64,000 bases of DNA from Spirochaetia bacterium (lineage in GTDB: Bacteria > Spirochaetota > Spirochaetia > CAKZLE01): NCBI GenBank assembly GCA_963677595.1, contig OY782041.1, positions 1,408,001-1,472,000 on the forward strand, in the 5' to 3' direction. Shown here one piece after another: positions 10,701 through 19,793 of the stretch; position 1 is the stretch's first letter, and each line of letters starts with the position of its first letter. The translations under genes were made by a program, and so were the position numbers. The notes under the pieces are model-generated. The model did no database searches. It was not told the DNA's origin and was given only the letters and a program-made list of their open reading frames with translations.

Positions 10701-11029
10701 GCTTCATCGCACAGTATGACACCAGGACCTGGAAGCGCCCTGCCAGGTCGCCGAGGGACTACCTCTGGTGGAATCCCTGTACCGGCCTCAAGGAGGGATA
10801 TGTCCATTCCCGGAGGATCGCCTGGTTCACGACCCATATGCATGCGGCAGGGGTGAACCTCCCCCACCAGTTCGGCTACCTCTACTACTTCACCATCCCC
10901 CTGCAGGAGACCGATGCCTTCCTGACCCTCCCCCATGACATCCGGATCCACCTCTATGGTGCAGTGGTCTCGAACATGCTCGTCCATACGGACTCCTGCA
11001 GGATCCCAACGGATACCTGGGATCTATAG
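7739..11029 (+). CDS. Glycoside hydrolase family 38 (alpha-mannosidase-like)
   Basis: HLDTQWRW, LPDSFGF, FGNGDIGGAP, QMHDTLPGT. TTG start after AGGAGG; no signal peptide. Confidence 0.88.
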   Translation: MSSSETRTLYLIPYVHLDTQWRWTTATTISTYLPDTVRKNLALIRDYPGYSINVTGAYRYALLEEYYPDLFEQVREAVADGAWHPSGSLWEETDVLIPSAESLIRNILYGRSFFQKHFGRQTLDVMLPDSFGFHEDLPTILSHCRVNGFSTQKLSWDPVKPIPFDIGIWNGPDGSSLPVILRPGRYVSRLRIPPHLHPGWRMRISRHLRSHSLAKAARYFGNGDIGGAPTRLSVWNAMRSIRHTGGNLRTVCGESDRLFRELTEAERESMPRYAGELLLTRHSAGSLTSQRIVKRWNRRNEQLAFLADVSSVIASREIHTAYPKELLEKGWKLLVASQMHDTLPGTCTPEAYRDTYNTLGVIANLFNGIIDDAVSALARQLPLRKHEEAIFLLNPNSTAREELVPLALPVPEGEEAVILDADGIPVPCQELQREGDSLHLVCRLSVPPVGWSSYQWHRRALEPVEEEPQEEKAPEGFVLENRLLKVTIDDDGNISSIYVKRTRTEMLKEPVRFVCLDERPKTFPAWNMEWKDRKRSTVITLPPAERIYHSRRGPLLSSITIERTFNNSRFVHTVSLHHQGVEDMVFCRDSIFWQEQASSLKLSILLAFSNESASYSLDTTEVSRLPNDSHMYEFPSKGWINLDADDGSCGFSFIHGDIYGSDRPDDHTIRPTLLYTPGRSHGTFMFHDQMTQDWGRHQFSYGLLPHNGSWDTSKAAAYSSMISNPLRPYQVTRSHRALRNHLAHPSRSSFISFSTRNLDLIACKRSEEDQSYIILRVREIAGQDVVSAFISFTSQVVEAYEVDGLETPIHSVSIIGNTLSVKMQRNSIKSFAVKLQDQDISVTIDSEKHAPIQVETDLFEPLLSDEFDESEILPSGQIRYTSIPLDFNTATCSPDGSTVSGDVTFPLEQMPESIIIEDIQFPLHREGGLHALACGGERFEIPATPGGHPASRLHLVMTAQHAVTGSFTLSAADGLSSTHELFIPPVTGFIAQYDTRTWKRPARSPRDYLWWNPCTGLKEGYVHSRRIAWFTTHMHAAGVNLPHQFGYLYYFTIPLQETDAFLTLPHDIRIHLYGAVVSNMLVHTDSCRIPTDTWDL

Positions 11030-11051
11030 ATCCCCGGGATCTTTAGATCCC
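11019..11051. repeat. Two tandem 16-bp palindromes (17-bp period)
   Basis: GGGATCTATAGATCCC (11019-11034) and GGGATCTTTAGATCCC (11036-11051), spanning the GH38 stop codon. Confidence 0.7.
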
Positions 11052-11147
11052 TGGGATTCCTTGGTGACCCGTTGTTTTTCTGCCCCTATTCTGGTATCCT
11101 GACGCAATATAACGAACGCATACAACCACCATACAGGAGTAGTTCAT

Positions 11148-12896
11148 ATGAGGATGTCCCGACTATTTTCACGTACCCTGCGGGAGGCACCCGCCTCAGC
11201 CGAGAGCAAGGGGTATGAGTACCTTTTAAGGGCAGGCTATATCAGGCAGCTGGGAGCTGGGATCTTCTCCTCACTCCCGCTCGGCCTGAGGACCGTGAGG
11301 AAGATCGAGAAGATCATCCGCGAGGAGATCGATGCGATCGGGGGCCAGGAGATCCAGATGCCCCTGGTCAACCCCGCCGATATCTGGAAGGAGACCGGCC
11401 GGTACTACAGCATCGACAAGGAGCTCAGCCGGTTCGAGGACCGTACCGGCCGTGACATGGTGCTGGCCATGACCCATGAGGAGGCTGTCACCGATATCGC
11501 GAGGGGCGAGATCGACTCCTACAAGCGGCTTCCCTCCCTCGTGTACCAGATCCAGACGAAGTGGCGGGATGACCCGAGGCCGAGGGCTGGCCTGATCCGG
11601 GTACGGGAGTTCACCATGAAGGACAGCTACAGCTTCGACAAGGACTGGGAAGGCCTTGAGGAGCAGTACAAAGCCCACTACCAGGCATATTTCAGGATCT
11701 TCGGCAGGTGCGGTCTCCCCACGATCGCTGTCGGGTCCGACTCGGGCATGATGGGCGGCAAGGTCGCCCATGAGTACATGTACCTCTCCCCCATCGGGGA
11801 GGACTCCATCGTGATCTGCGACAAGTGCGGCATGACTGCCAACCGGCAGGTCGCCAGGTTCGTCAAGGAGGAGTTCCCCGAGGAACCCGCTGCGATGGAA
11901 GAGGTCTTCACCCCCCATACCAAGACGATCGAGGACCTCGCACGGTTCCTCGAGATCCCGGAGAGGAAGACGGCGAAGGGAGTCTTCATGATGGGGACCT
12001 ATACCAACGATGAGGGTGAGGAGTATGAGGAACTCATCTGCGCCGTCATCAGGGGGGACCTCGATGTCGAGGAGGCAAAACTCCAGAATGCCGCAAAAGC
12101 CAACAGGCTGCGGCCCGCACATGATGAGGAGATCAGGGAGAAGGGGATCATCCCCGGCTATGGTTCACCCATCGGGTCGTCAGTGAAGATCATCATCGTC
12201 GATGACAGCGTCGTGAAATCGAACAACCTCGTTGCAGGGGCAAACAAGGAGGAGTACCACTTCCTCAACACCAACTACGGCAGGGATTTCAACGGCACCG
12301 TCGCCGACATCGCGAGTGCCGCGGAAGGCTATGTCTGCCCCGAGTGCGGGGCTCCCCTTCACCTGAGCAAGGGTGTCGAAGTCGGGAACATCTTCCAGCT
12401 CGGTACCAGGTACTCAGAGTCCATGGGCTGTTTCTTCCAGACCGAGGACGGTAAACGGGCCCCGGTCATCATGGGCTCCTACGGGATCGGCGTCGGCCGG
12501 CTCCTCGCCTGCCTCGCAGAGGAGACCAGCACGGAGAACGGGCTGCAGCTCCCGATCACCGTCGCACCCTACCAGGTGCACCTCGTCGGCCTCGTGAAGG
12601 GTTCCGATGTGCCTGACCAGCTCTATGAGGAGCTCACTGCCCGCGGCATCGAGGTACTCTTCGATGACAGGAAGGCCTCCCCCGGCGTCAAGTTCAACGA
12701 TGCGGACCTGATCGGCATACCGAACAGGATTACCGTCGGGAACCGCGGCCTCAAGGAGAACAGCGTGGAACTCCGCGTCCTCAGCGAGGAGGAGAGCAGG
12801 ATGGTCCCGCTCGATACGATCGCTGATACCATCGTGAAGATCATTGATTCGCAGATCACTGCGATCCATGATACAATGGAAGTCAAGAGCCTTTAA
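11148..12896 (+). CDS. proS: Proline--tRNA ligase (with insertion editing domain)
   Basis: MRMSRLF start, LAMTHEE, RPRAGLIRVREFTMKDSYSF, EVGNIFQLG, MGSYGIGVGR, PGVKFNDADLIG. Confidence 0.97.
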   Translation: MRMSRLFSRTLREAPASAESKGYEYLLRAGYIRQLGAGIFSSLPLGLRTVRKIEKIIREEIDAIGGQEIQMPLVNPADIWKETGRYYSIDKELSRFEDRTGRDMVLAMTHEEAVTDIARGEIDSYKRLPSLVYQIQTKWRDDPRPRAGLIRVREFTMKDSYSFDKDWEGLEEQYKAHYQAYFRIFGRCGLPTIAVGSDSGMMGGKVAHEYMYLSPIGEDSIVICDKCGMTANRQVARFVKEEFPEEPAAMEEVFTPHTKTIEDLARFLEIPERKTAKGVFMMGTYTNDEGEEYEELICAVIRGDLDVEEAKLQNAAKANRLRPAHDEEIREKGIIPGYGSPIGSSVKIIIVDDSVVKSNNLVAGANKEEYHFLNTNYGRDFNGTVADIASAAEGYVCPECGAPLHLSKGVEVGNIFQLGTRYSESMGCFFQTEDGKRAPVIMGSYGIGVGRLLACLAEETSTENGLQLPITVAPYQVHLVGLVKGSDVPDQLYEELTARGIEVLFDDRKASPGVKFNDADLIGIPNRITVGNRGLKENSVELRVLSEEESRMVPLDTIADTIVKIIDSQITAIHDTMEVKSL

Positions 12897-12923
12897 TTTT
12901 CTGCTTCCAGGCTATACGCTATC

Positions 12924-12960
12924 TGGCTATCCCATTCGTCCCGGGATAGCCATTTTTTTT
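12924..12960 (+). terminator. Intrinsic terminator after proS
   Basis: TGGCTATCCC-N9-GGGATAGCCA followed by T8. Confidence 0.88.
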
Positions 12961-13010
12961 GTGCCCTGCTGTGCCGTGTTTTCCTGCATCTGTCGATAAT
13001 CTGAAAAGTG

Positions 13011-13039
13011 TTGATTATGTGCGCACATCGTTGTATCGT
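13011..13039 (+). promoter_or_regulatory. Promoter with 12-bp palindrome upstream of RHH gene
   Basis: TTGATT-17-TATCGT; perfect palindrome ATGTGCGCACAT (13017-13028) in the spacer. Confidence 0.55.
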
Positions 13040-13044
13040 GAGGT

Positions 13045-13335
13045 ATGACTGACAAATATCTTGATAAAGAAGAACAGGAATTTGCCGAAGCGTTCGAACA
13101 TATTGACCTTTCTGAGACCCCACCACCCACAGAGACTGAACAGGCGAACTTCAGGGCTGCAGCCAAAGAGTTCATGAAGAAAGAGACGAAGATGAACATA
13201 CGGATCGATTATTTCGAGCTTGAGAAGATCAAGGAATACGCTATGAATGAGGGATTGAAGTACCAGACCTTCGTCAAGAGTGTACTCCACAAGTACATCA
13301 CCGGGCAGCTTGTCGAGAAGAGGAAGCTCGACTGA
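13045..13335 (+). CDS. CopG/BrnA-like ribbon-helix-helix antitoxin (no adjacent toxin)
   Basis: YLDKEEQE N-terminus and KMNIRI...KIKEYAMNEGLKYQTFVKSVLHKY. Confidence 0.8.
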   Translation: MTDKYLDKEEQEFAEAFEHIDLSETPPPTETEQANFRAAAKEFMKKETKMNIRIDYFELEKIKEYAMNEGLKYQTFVKSVLHKYITGQLVEKRKLD

Positions 13336-13411
13336 TACCGGCTTGTGTCTCTCGGCCGATTCTTTTCTCCTGAGTTTTTACTTTTCCCCCTGATTTGATT
13401 ATATTTACCCC

Positions 13412-14401
13412 ATGGACAGAACTATGAGAGCAGTGACATTCGATCCACAGCATGACAGCTTCAGCCTGAAGGACATCACCATTCCCTCACCCGGCCCGGA
13501 TGAGGTGAGGGTTAGGGTCCTCGCATCCTCGATCAACCCGGTCGACGCGAAGATCATCCACTGGAAACGGCAGGTGAAGGATATGACAGCGGACTGGGTC
13601 CCCGGGGTCGATGTCTCAGGCATCATCGATGCGGTGGGATCTGCGGTGAGAGGATGGTCCCCGGGAGACCGGGTCCTCTATCACGGGAACATGTTCAGGG
13701 ACCATGGCGGGTTCGCCGAGTACGCCATCCATCGGGCTGCCACGCTCATACCCCATCCGGATGTACCACCGGAGACTGCGGCGGCGGTTCCCTGCGCCGG
13801 CTGGACCGCATACCGGGCCCTGGTCGACAAGCTGCAGGTCAGTACACAGGACAGCCTGCTCGTTGGCGGGGGATCCGGCAGTGTCGGGGGCTTCGCCGTA
13901 CAGATCGCGAGGGCACTTGGGGTAGGGACGGTCATCGCGACCTGCTCTCCCGCCAATGCAGCCTATGTGCAGTCTCTCGGGGCTTCCCATACCATCGACT
14001 ACCACCATGAGGACATCGTGGGAAAGGTCATGGAGATAACCGGGGGGACAGGGGCGACCCGTGCCCTCGATACCATCGGAAACGGTGCCGAAGTCCCGAT
14101 CGCGGACTCGCTCGCCTTCGAGGGGCAGATCGCAGAGATCGTATCGCTTCTCAGGCCCGAACTCTATGAGGGTGCTGCCGCGAAGGGTCTGAGCTTCCAC
14201 CAGCTCGCACTCGGGAACGCCCACGGCTCCCCTGCTACCGAACACCTGCTCGTCAAAGCCGGGCTCGCCTGTTCGAGGCTGCTCGAGGAGGGGAAGCTCA
14301 CCGTCACGAGGAAGCGGGTGATCACCCTCGAGGAGGCTGCTTCCCTGATGGGCTCGTTCCTCAAGTCCCGTCCCCAAGAGAAGCTTATTATTGTTCCATA
14401 A
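13412..14401 (+). CDS. MDR-family quinone oxidoreductase-like dehydrogenase
   Basis: SINPVDAK, PGVDVSG, GGFAEY, VPCAGWTAY, GGSGSVGGFAVQIA. Confidence 0.88.
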   Translation: MDRTMRAVTFDPQHDSFSLKDITIPSPGPDEVRVRVLASSINPVDAKIIHWKRQVKDMTADWVPGVDVSGIIDAVGSAVRGWSPGDRVLYHGNMFRDHGGFAEYAIHRAATLIPHPDVPPETAAAVPCAGWTAYRALVDKLQVSTQDSLLVGGGSGSVGGFAVQIARALGVGTVIATCSPANAAYVQSLGASHTIDYHHEDIVGKVMEITGGTGATRALDTIGNGAEVPIADSLAFEGQIAEIVSLLRPELYEGAAAKGLSFHQLALGNAHGSPATEHLLVKAGLACSRLLEEGKLTVTRKRVITLEEAASLMGSFLKSRPQEKLIIVP

Positions 14402-14761
14402 GGCACTTATTGGCATCGCCCCGCAGTCATGAACGTGTTGGTTCCAATCAGTTCTATACATGGTTATGATCATTTATTCTGACCCCAAAACAGGGGAACG
14501 CGATGCGCCCTATTTCGGGTCCCAGGTGCATCCCGAATAACTCCTTACATTACAAATGGAAAGGTAAAAAGTTTTTTCTTTACAAAAGTTCGGTTCATTG
14601 TCAAAAATATTTCGCATCATAAACGGTCCCAGACTGGAAAGCATCTTCCTTTTTTGCTAAGATTGAAGTGTTTCAGAAGAACAGCCTCCCCAACCCCGAA
14701 CTGCCTGTCGTCGACGGACAGATGGAGAGGTAACAACAACTATATAAAAGGATTTGCATAT

Positions 14762-16924
14762 ATGATTGGATTGGTTATCGTAGCAGCACTAGCTGCGCTC
14801 GCCTTCGCTGCCATCAACTTCTATGGCATGAAGCGCAAGGATCCCGGTACCGAAGAGATGCAGCAGATCGCTGAAGCCATTCAAGAGGGAGCTGGAGCCT
14901 TCCTCCGACATGAGTACAAAGTGATCGGTATCGTCGTCGTCGTCATCGCGGCCATTCTCCTGGTAGTCGTCTCCTGGACGGGTGCCGTCGCATTCATGCT
15001 TGGAGCCCTCATGAGTGCCAGTGCCGGCTGGATCGGCATGAACATCGCGACCATCTCGAACGTGAGGGTCTCGAACGAGGCCCGCATGACGAAGAGCATC
15101 GGCAAGACGCTCCGTGTCGCCTTCCAGGGCGGTTCGGTCATGGGGCTCTCGGTCGGCGGTTTCGCCCTCCTCGGACTCTTCATCGTCTATATGGTCTTCG
15201 GTGTAGCCCTGAAGCAGGCCACACCGGAACACCTGGTCTTCCACAAGAACTGGCTCGGCATCAGTGATATCCCGTTCACCATGACCGTATCGAGCTATGC
15301 CCTCGGCTGTTCGATCATCGCCATGTTCAACCGTGTCGGCGGCGGTATCTATACCAAGGCAGCTGACATGGGAGCAGACCTCGTCGGGAAGACCGAGGCA
15401 GGTATCCCGGAGGACGATCCCCGGAACCCTGCGACCATCGCCGACAACGTCGGTGACAACGTCGGTGATGTTGCCGGTCTCGGATCGGACCTCCTCGAGA
15501 GTTATGTGGGTGCCCTGGTATCTGCAGTCATCCTTGCAGCCTACACCTATTTCTCCAACCAGCACGCTAGCAACGCGATCACGGGCAGCCTGATCAGCAA
15601 GCTGATGTACCTCCCGCTCTTCATCGCGGCCGTGGGACTGGTCTCATCGATCATCGGGATCATCTTCCTTCTCGTGAAGAAGGTATCCAAGAACCCGCAC
15701 AAGGAGCTCAACATGGCGACCCTTGTGGGAGCAGGTCTCACGATCATCTCCTCAGGCGTGGTCGTCTATCTCTCCCTCCGGGGCGAGAATGTCTCTGCGA
15801 TCGGGTTCAACCTCGGGGCGCTCTCCCCATGGGTCTGTGCGGTCTTAGGTATCGTCAGCGGTATCGTGATCGGCCAGCTCGCAGAATACTATACCAGTTA
15901 CGACTACAAGCCCACCCAGAAGATCGCTGCATCATCCCAGGAGGGTGCGGCACTGACGATCACCCAGGGTATGTCCGTCGGGATGATCTCGGTCATCGCA
16001 CCGGTCCTCATCCTCGGTATCTGCATCATCGCGGCAAACTCGGTAGCCGGCCTTTACGGTGTGGCCATGGCAGCCATCGGTATGCTCTCCTTCGTCACGG
16101 TCACGGTCTCGGTCGATACCTACGGCCCGATCGCGGACAATGCAGGCGGAATCAGCGAGATGGCAAAACTGCATCCGGAAGTCCGTGAGATCACCGACGA
16201 ACTCGATGCAGTCGGCAACACCACCGCCGCTATCGGCAAGGGGTTCGCCATCGGTTCCGCGGCACTCGCGGCTCTCTCGCTCTTCGCATCCTACCTCTAC
16301 GCACAGGCCGGTGAGGCTTCCGCCAACGGGCTGGAACTGATCCTCAACATGGTCAACACCCTCACCCTGGTCGGGGCGATCGTCGGTGGTGCCCTTCCCT
16401 ACCTCTTCTCAGGCATCCTGATCGAGGCAGTCGCCAATGCGGCACGGAAGATGGTCCAGGAAGTGCGAAGGCAGTTCAAGGCAGACCCCGGGATCATCAA
16501 GGGGACGAGCAAGCCTGACTACAAGACCTGTATCTCGATCTCCTCTGCAGGAGCCCTTGCAGAGATGAAACTACCCGCCCTTATATCGGTAGCGACCCCG
16601 ATCGTGACCGGCTTCCTCTTCGGTGCTGAGTTCGTAGGTGGATTATTGATAGGGACAACCCTTTCTTCCATCATGCTCGCATTGTATACTGCTAATGCAG
16701 GAGGTGCATGGGACAACGGGAAGAAGTATATCGAGCATGGGCACTTCGGTGGTAAGGGGTCAGAAGCCCACAAAGCAGCTGTCGTCGGGGACACCGTCGG
16801 TGACCCGCTCAAGGATACGGTCGGACCTTCACTCGATATCCTGATCAAGATCATGTCGATCGTATCGCTGATCTCCGTTTCGATCTTCAGTAAGTACAAC
16901 CTGTTTGCCTTACTGTTCAACTAG
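14762..16924 (+). CDS. hppA: Membrane ion-translocating pyrophosphatase, K+-dependent, likely Na+-pumping
   Basis: GGGIYTKAADMGADLVGK, EDDPRNPATIADNVGDNVGD, DLLES, GNTTAA (Ala indicates K+-dependent type), GDTVGDPLKDT. Confidence 0.95.
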   Translation: MIGLVIVAALAALAFAAINFYGMKRKDPGTEEMQQIAEAIQEGAGAFLRHEYKVIGIVVVVIAAILLVVVSWTGAVAFMLGALMSASAGWIGMNIATISNVRVSNEARMTKSIGKTLRVAFQGGSVMGLSVGGFALLGLFIVYMVFGVALKQATPEHLVFHKNWLGISDIPFTMTVSSYALGCSIIAMFNRVGGGIYTKAADMGADLVGKTEAGIPEDDPRNPATIADNVGDNVGDVAGLGSDLLESYVGALVSAVILAAYTYFSNQHASNAITGSLISKLMYLPLFIAAVGLVSSIIGIIFLLVKKVSKNPHKELNMATLVGAGLTIISSGVVVYLSLRGENVSAIGFNLGALSPWVCAVLGIVSGIVIGQLAEYYTSYDYKPTQKIAASSQEGAALTITQGMSVGMISVIAPVLILGICIIAANSVAGLYGVAMAAIGMLSFVTVTVSVDTYGPIADNAGGISEMAKLHPEVREITDELDAVGNTTAAIGKGFAIGSAALAALSLFASYLYAQAGEASANGLELILNMVNTLTLVGAIVGGALPYLFSGILIEAVANAARKMVQEVRRQFKADPGIIKGTSKPDYKTCISISSAGALAEMKLPALISVATPIVTGFLFGAEFVGGLLIGTTLSSIMLALYTANAGGAWDNGKKYIEHGHFGGKGSEAHKAAVVGDTVGDPLKDTVGPSLDILIKIMSIVSLISVSIFSKYNLFALLFN

Positions 16925-16939
16925 ACAAGGGGGGTTTAG

Positions 16940-17713
16940 ATGATTCATTACTATTTTCTGTTTTCACCGATTGAGGCGCTGATCGCTTCCCAGCTCGAAC
17001 CGAAGGCCTTCGGTATGTACATGGCACAGGGATCGAAGAAGGGTTCTGCAGAACAGCTGATGTTCGCCGAGGTCAAGGGCGAATTCGGGGACTTCTTCGA
17101 CTGGGACTACGCCAAGGAGCGGTGCGTCAAGCACCCCGACGGGCAGCCGAAGACCTCGGTCTACCTCTCGATCTACCGTGTCCTGGAGAACATCCCCACT
17201 GATGCCTTCATGATGGCATACCTGGTGACCAAGGACGGCCGTACCCTCTCCCTCGAGCAGGCTCCCTACAAGGATCCTGAGAACTGGAAGGGATACGCCC
17301 TCTACAAGGAACTCTGCCCCGTCCATCCCCTGATCGTCAGCACGCTGAACCCGAGGGAACTTGGCGAGTACGTCATCAGCGGCACGGAGAAGAAGCTCAC
17401 CCTCCCCGCACTGGTCTTCACCGACATCAGGGTGATCGACTTCAACAACCTGGAGAACAGCGGGAACATCGGGAGCATGTACGACCGGGACCTCGACCAC
17501 CTCAAGGAGTGCATCATGGCCTTGAAGACCGGGAAGGGAACCAAGAAGACGAAGACCGTCGACCGGTCATTCTCCAGCAAGTTCACCTACCAGATCATCG
17601 AGAGCGGTATCTACATCGTGAGGGGGAAGGATATCATCTTCTTCAGGATGCCTACCCGCGAAGAGCTTCGTGAGACTGCCTATGATTGGGGAAGGTCCGC
17701 GAACATCTTCTAG
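16940..17713 (+). CDS. Hypothetical protein with internal duplication, cotranscribed with hppA
   Basis: 15 bp after hppA stop, with RBS and host-like codon usage; two similar halves. Confidence 0.8.
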   Translation: MIHYYFLFSPIEALIASQLEPKAFGMYMAQGSKKGSAEQLMFAEVKGEFGDFFDWDYAKERCVKHPDGQPKTSVYLSIYRVLENIPTDAFMMAYLVTKDGRTLSLEQAPYKDPENWKGYALYKELCPVHPLIVSTLNPRELGEYVISGTEKKLTLPALVFTDIRVIDFNNLENSGNIGSMYDRDLDHLKECIMALKTGKGTKKTKTVDRSFSSKFTYQIIESGIYIVRGKDIIFFRMPTREELRETAYDWGRSANIF

Positions 17714-17741
17714 CTGAAGATAAGACACACAGCATAGCTGC

Positions 17742-17779
17742 AGGGCCTGCTTCCTCTCCGGGGAGCAGGCCCTCTTCTT
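17742..17779. terminator. Hairpin terminator between convergent genes
   Basis: AGGGCCTGCTTCC / GGGAGCAGGCCCT stem followed by CTTCTT. Confidence 0.7.
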
Positions 17780-18311
17780 ATCTGCGGAGGTCCCCGGGCA
17801 GCAGGTCCATGAGGATCTGGTCGTATCGCTTCCCTTCCCTCTCCATGGATGACCGCCAGCTGCCAATCTTCTGGAACCCCACCTTCTCATAACAGCGGAC
17901 GGCTCCGGGATTGAAGCTGTAGACCCGTAAGAACAGTGACTTGATATTAAGATAGTCGAATGCATAGCCGCAGAGCAGCCTGAGCGCCTCAGTCCCGATT
18001 CCCCGGCCCCGGTTCTCCTCATCTCCGATGAAGATCCCGGCCTCTGCGGTCCCGTGAAGCTGGTTCCAGTCGAGCAGCCCGCAGTTCCCGAGCAGGGTAT
18101 CCGTCTGTGAATCCACGATCGCATAGGTATGGTCCTGAGAGAGTCTCTCCAGGGCATCCTTCTCCCCATGGAGCGTGATGTTCATCGATGCGATGGTGAG
18201 GGTCCTCGCAGTATCGAGGTCATTGAGCCACTCCGTATACTGGGCTGCATCCTCCAGGCTGATGGGAGAGAGGTAGCACTTCTCCCCTGAGAGTTTCTTG
18301 AAATACCGCAT
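17778..18311 (-). CDS. GNAT N-acetyltransferase, RimJ/RimL family
   Basis: AEAGIFIG...RGRGIGTEA, FNPGAVRCYEKVGF. Confidence 0.9.
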   Translation of the reverse strand: MRYFKKLSGEKCYLSPISLEDAAQYTEWLNDLDTARTLTIASMNITLHGEKDALERLSQDHTYAIVDSQTDTLLGNCGLLDWNQLHGTAEAGIFIGDEENRGRGIGTEALRLLCGYAFDYLNIKSLFLRVYSFNPGAVRCYEKVGFQKIGSWRSSMEREGKRYDQILMDLLPGDLRR

Positions 18312-18379
18312 GAAGCACCTCCTGCACGTTCATGATACAGGAGAGCTCTGAGGTTTGACAATATGGGTCAGGTTCTTTT

Positions 18380-18985
18380 TTAGAGACTGCCCAGGGCTTC
18401 CATAGCGAGGCTGTAGTACTCTTCCTCAGCTCGCATGCCGAGAATGGGTTCACCGATCACCTTCCCGTTCCCGTCGACGAAGATGGTCGTCGGGACCGCA
18501 TAAGCGATCTCGAAGATGGTCTTCTCGACCTTCTTGTCCGGCACGATGTTGAGGTAGGTGACCCCGGTGGAATCGATGATCCTCTGGGCTGCGGTTCCGC
18601 TGGTCCTCCCGTCACCAATCACGCCGATGAGATGAATCCCTGCTGCTTCCAGCCTGCCCGAGAGGTTCTCGAGCATCGGCATCTCCTCGATGCAGTAGGG
18701 ACAGGTGGTCGTCCAGATGTTCATCATGGTCAGGTTCTGCTGCTTCAGCAGTTCAGGACCATACGCCTCCCCGCTGAGGGTGACACCGGCGAACATGGCG
18801 AGCTTGTTGTCCTGCTTGAGCAGCAGCGATCCCGTACCATCCCCGCCTGCAGCGGTCGTGGCTGTACCGGCAGTCGTGGAGAGCTCATTCGTTTCCTGGG
18901 CAGGGGCTGCCTCAGCTTCTTTCGAACACCCGGCGATCCCGAGGATGAACCCGGCTGCCAGCATAAAGATTACTATTTTTCTCAT
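18380..18985 (-). CDS. TlpA-like thioredoxin-fold lipoprotein
   Basis: Lipobox IAGC; NIWTTTCPYCIEEMP; VPTTIFVD. Confidence 0.88.
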   Translation of the reverse strand: MRKIVIFMLAAGFILGIAGCSKEAEAAPAQETNELSTTAGTATTAAGGDGTGSLLLKQDNKLAMFAGVTLSGEAYGPELLKQQNLTMMNIWTTTCPYCIEEMPMLENLSGRLEAAGIHLIGVIGDGRTSGTAAQRIIDSTGVTYLNIVPDKKVEKTIFEIAYAVPTTIFVDGNGKVIGEPILGMRAEEEYYSLAMEALGSL

Positions 18986-19009
18986 CTTTACAATATACTC
19001 ACGTACTCC

Positions 19010-19717
19010 CTAGGAATCCAGAAGAATCTTCTTAATTCCCAGCACTTCTTTCTGTGCGTCCATAATCGTGCGGATCCCCCCTTCGGCGGCATCGAGGAGG
19101 CTGTTGAGTTCATCCCGTGAGAAGACGCCCTCCTCCCCGGTTCCCTGGACTTCTACAAGGTCCCCGTCGCGCATGACGACGTTCATATCGACCTCGGCTC
19201 GGGAATCATGGGCATAGTCGAGGTCGCAGATGATCTTTCCCGACACCTTCCCGACACTGACGGCAGCGACCTGGCCGAGGAGGTAGTACCCCGGTCCCGC
19301 TGTTCCCTGCTGGTCCGAGAGGACCTCAAGGGCATCATAGAGGGCCACCCAGCCCCCGGTGATCGAGGCGGTCCGTGTCCCGCCGTCGGCCTGAAGGACA
19401 TCGCAGTCGATGGTGATCGAGACCTCCCCAAGTCTCCCAAGGTCTACGGCAGAGCGCAGGCTCCTCCCGATCAGCCGCTGGATCTCGGTGGACCTGCCGT
19501 CCTTCTTCACGCCGTCCCGGCGTTTCCTCCCCCCGCCGGTGCTCCCCGGGAGCATGGCGTACTCCGCGGTAACCCAGCCCTTGCCGGTCCCCTTGAGGAA
19601 GGGGGGGACATCCGTGCTGATGCTCGCCGTGCAGATGACCTTCGTGTCACCGAAACTGATCAGGCAGGAGCCCGCCGGGTGCTTGATGTACTCTCGTTCT
19701 ATGGTTATTTCTCTCAT
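19010..19717 (-). CDS. rph: Ribonuclease PH
   Basis: [58 protein letters not shown]. Confidence 0.97.
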   Translation of the reverse strand: MREITIEREYIKHPAGSCLISFGDTKVICTASISTDVPPFLKGTGKGWVTAEYAMLPGSTGGGRKRRDGVKKDGRSTEIQRLIGRSLRSAVDLGRLGEVSITIDCDVLQADGGTRTASITGGWVALYDALEVLSDQQGTAGPGYYLLGQVAAVSVGKVSGKIICDLDYAHDSRAEVDMNVVMRDGDLVEVQGTGEEGVFSRDELNSLLDAAEGGIRTIMDAQKEVLGIKKILLDS

Positions 19718-19793
19718 GTGAGTATTCTATCATAATCGGGCAGGTGTGAGCCATCCTCTTTTGTTTCCCGCCCCCATATTGTATAGTAGATGC

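Noticed and set aside
11030-11147. T-box leader before proS
   Set aside because: The region is too short and lacks the T-box consensus and a terminator.
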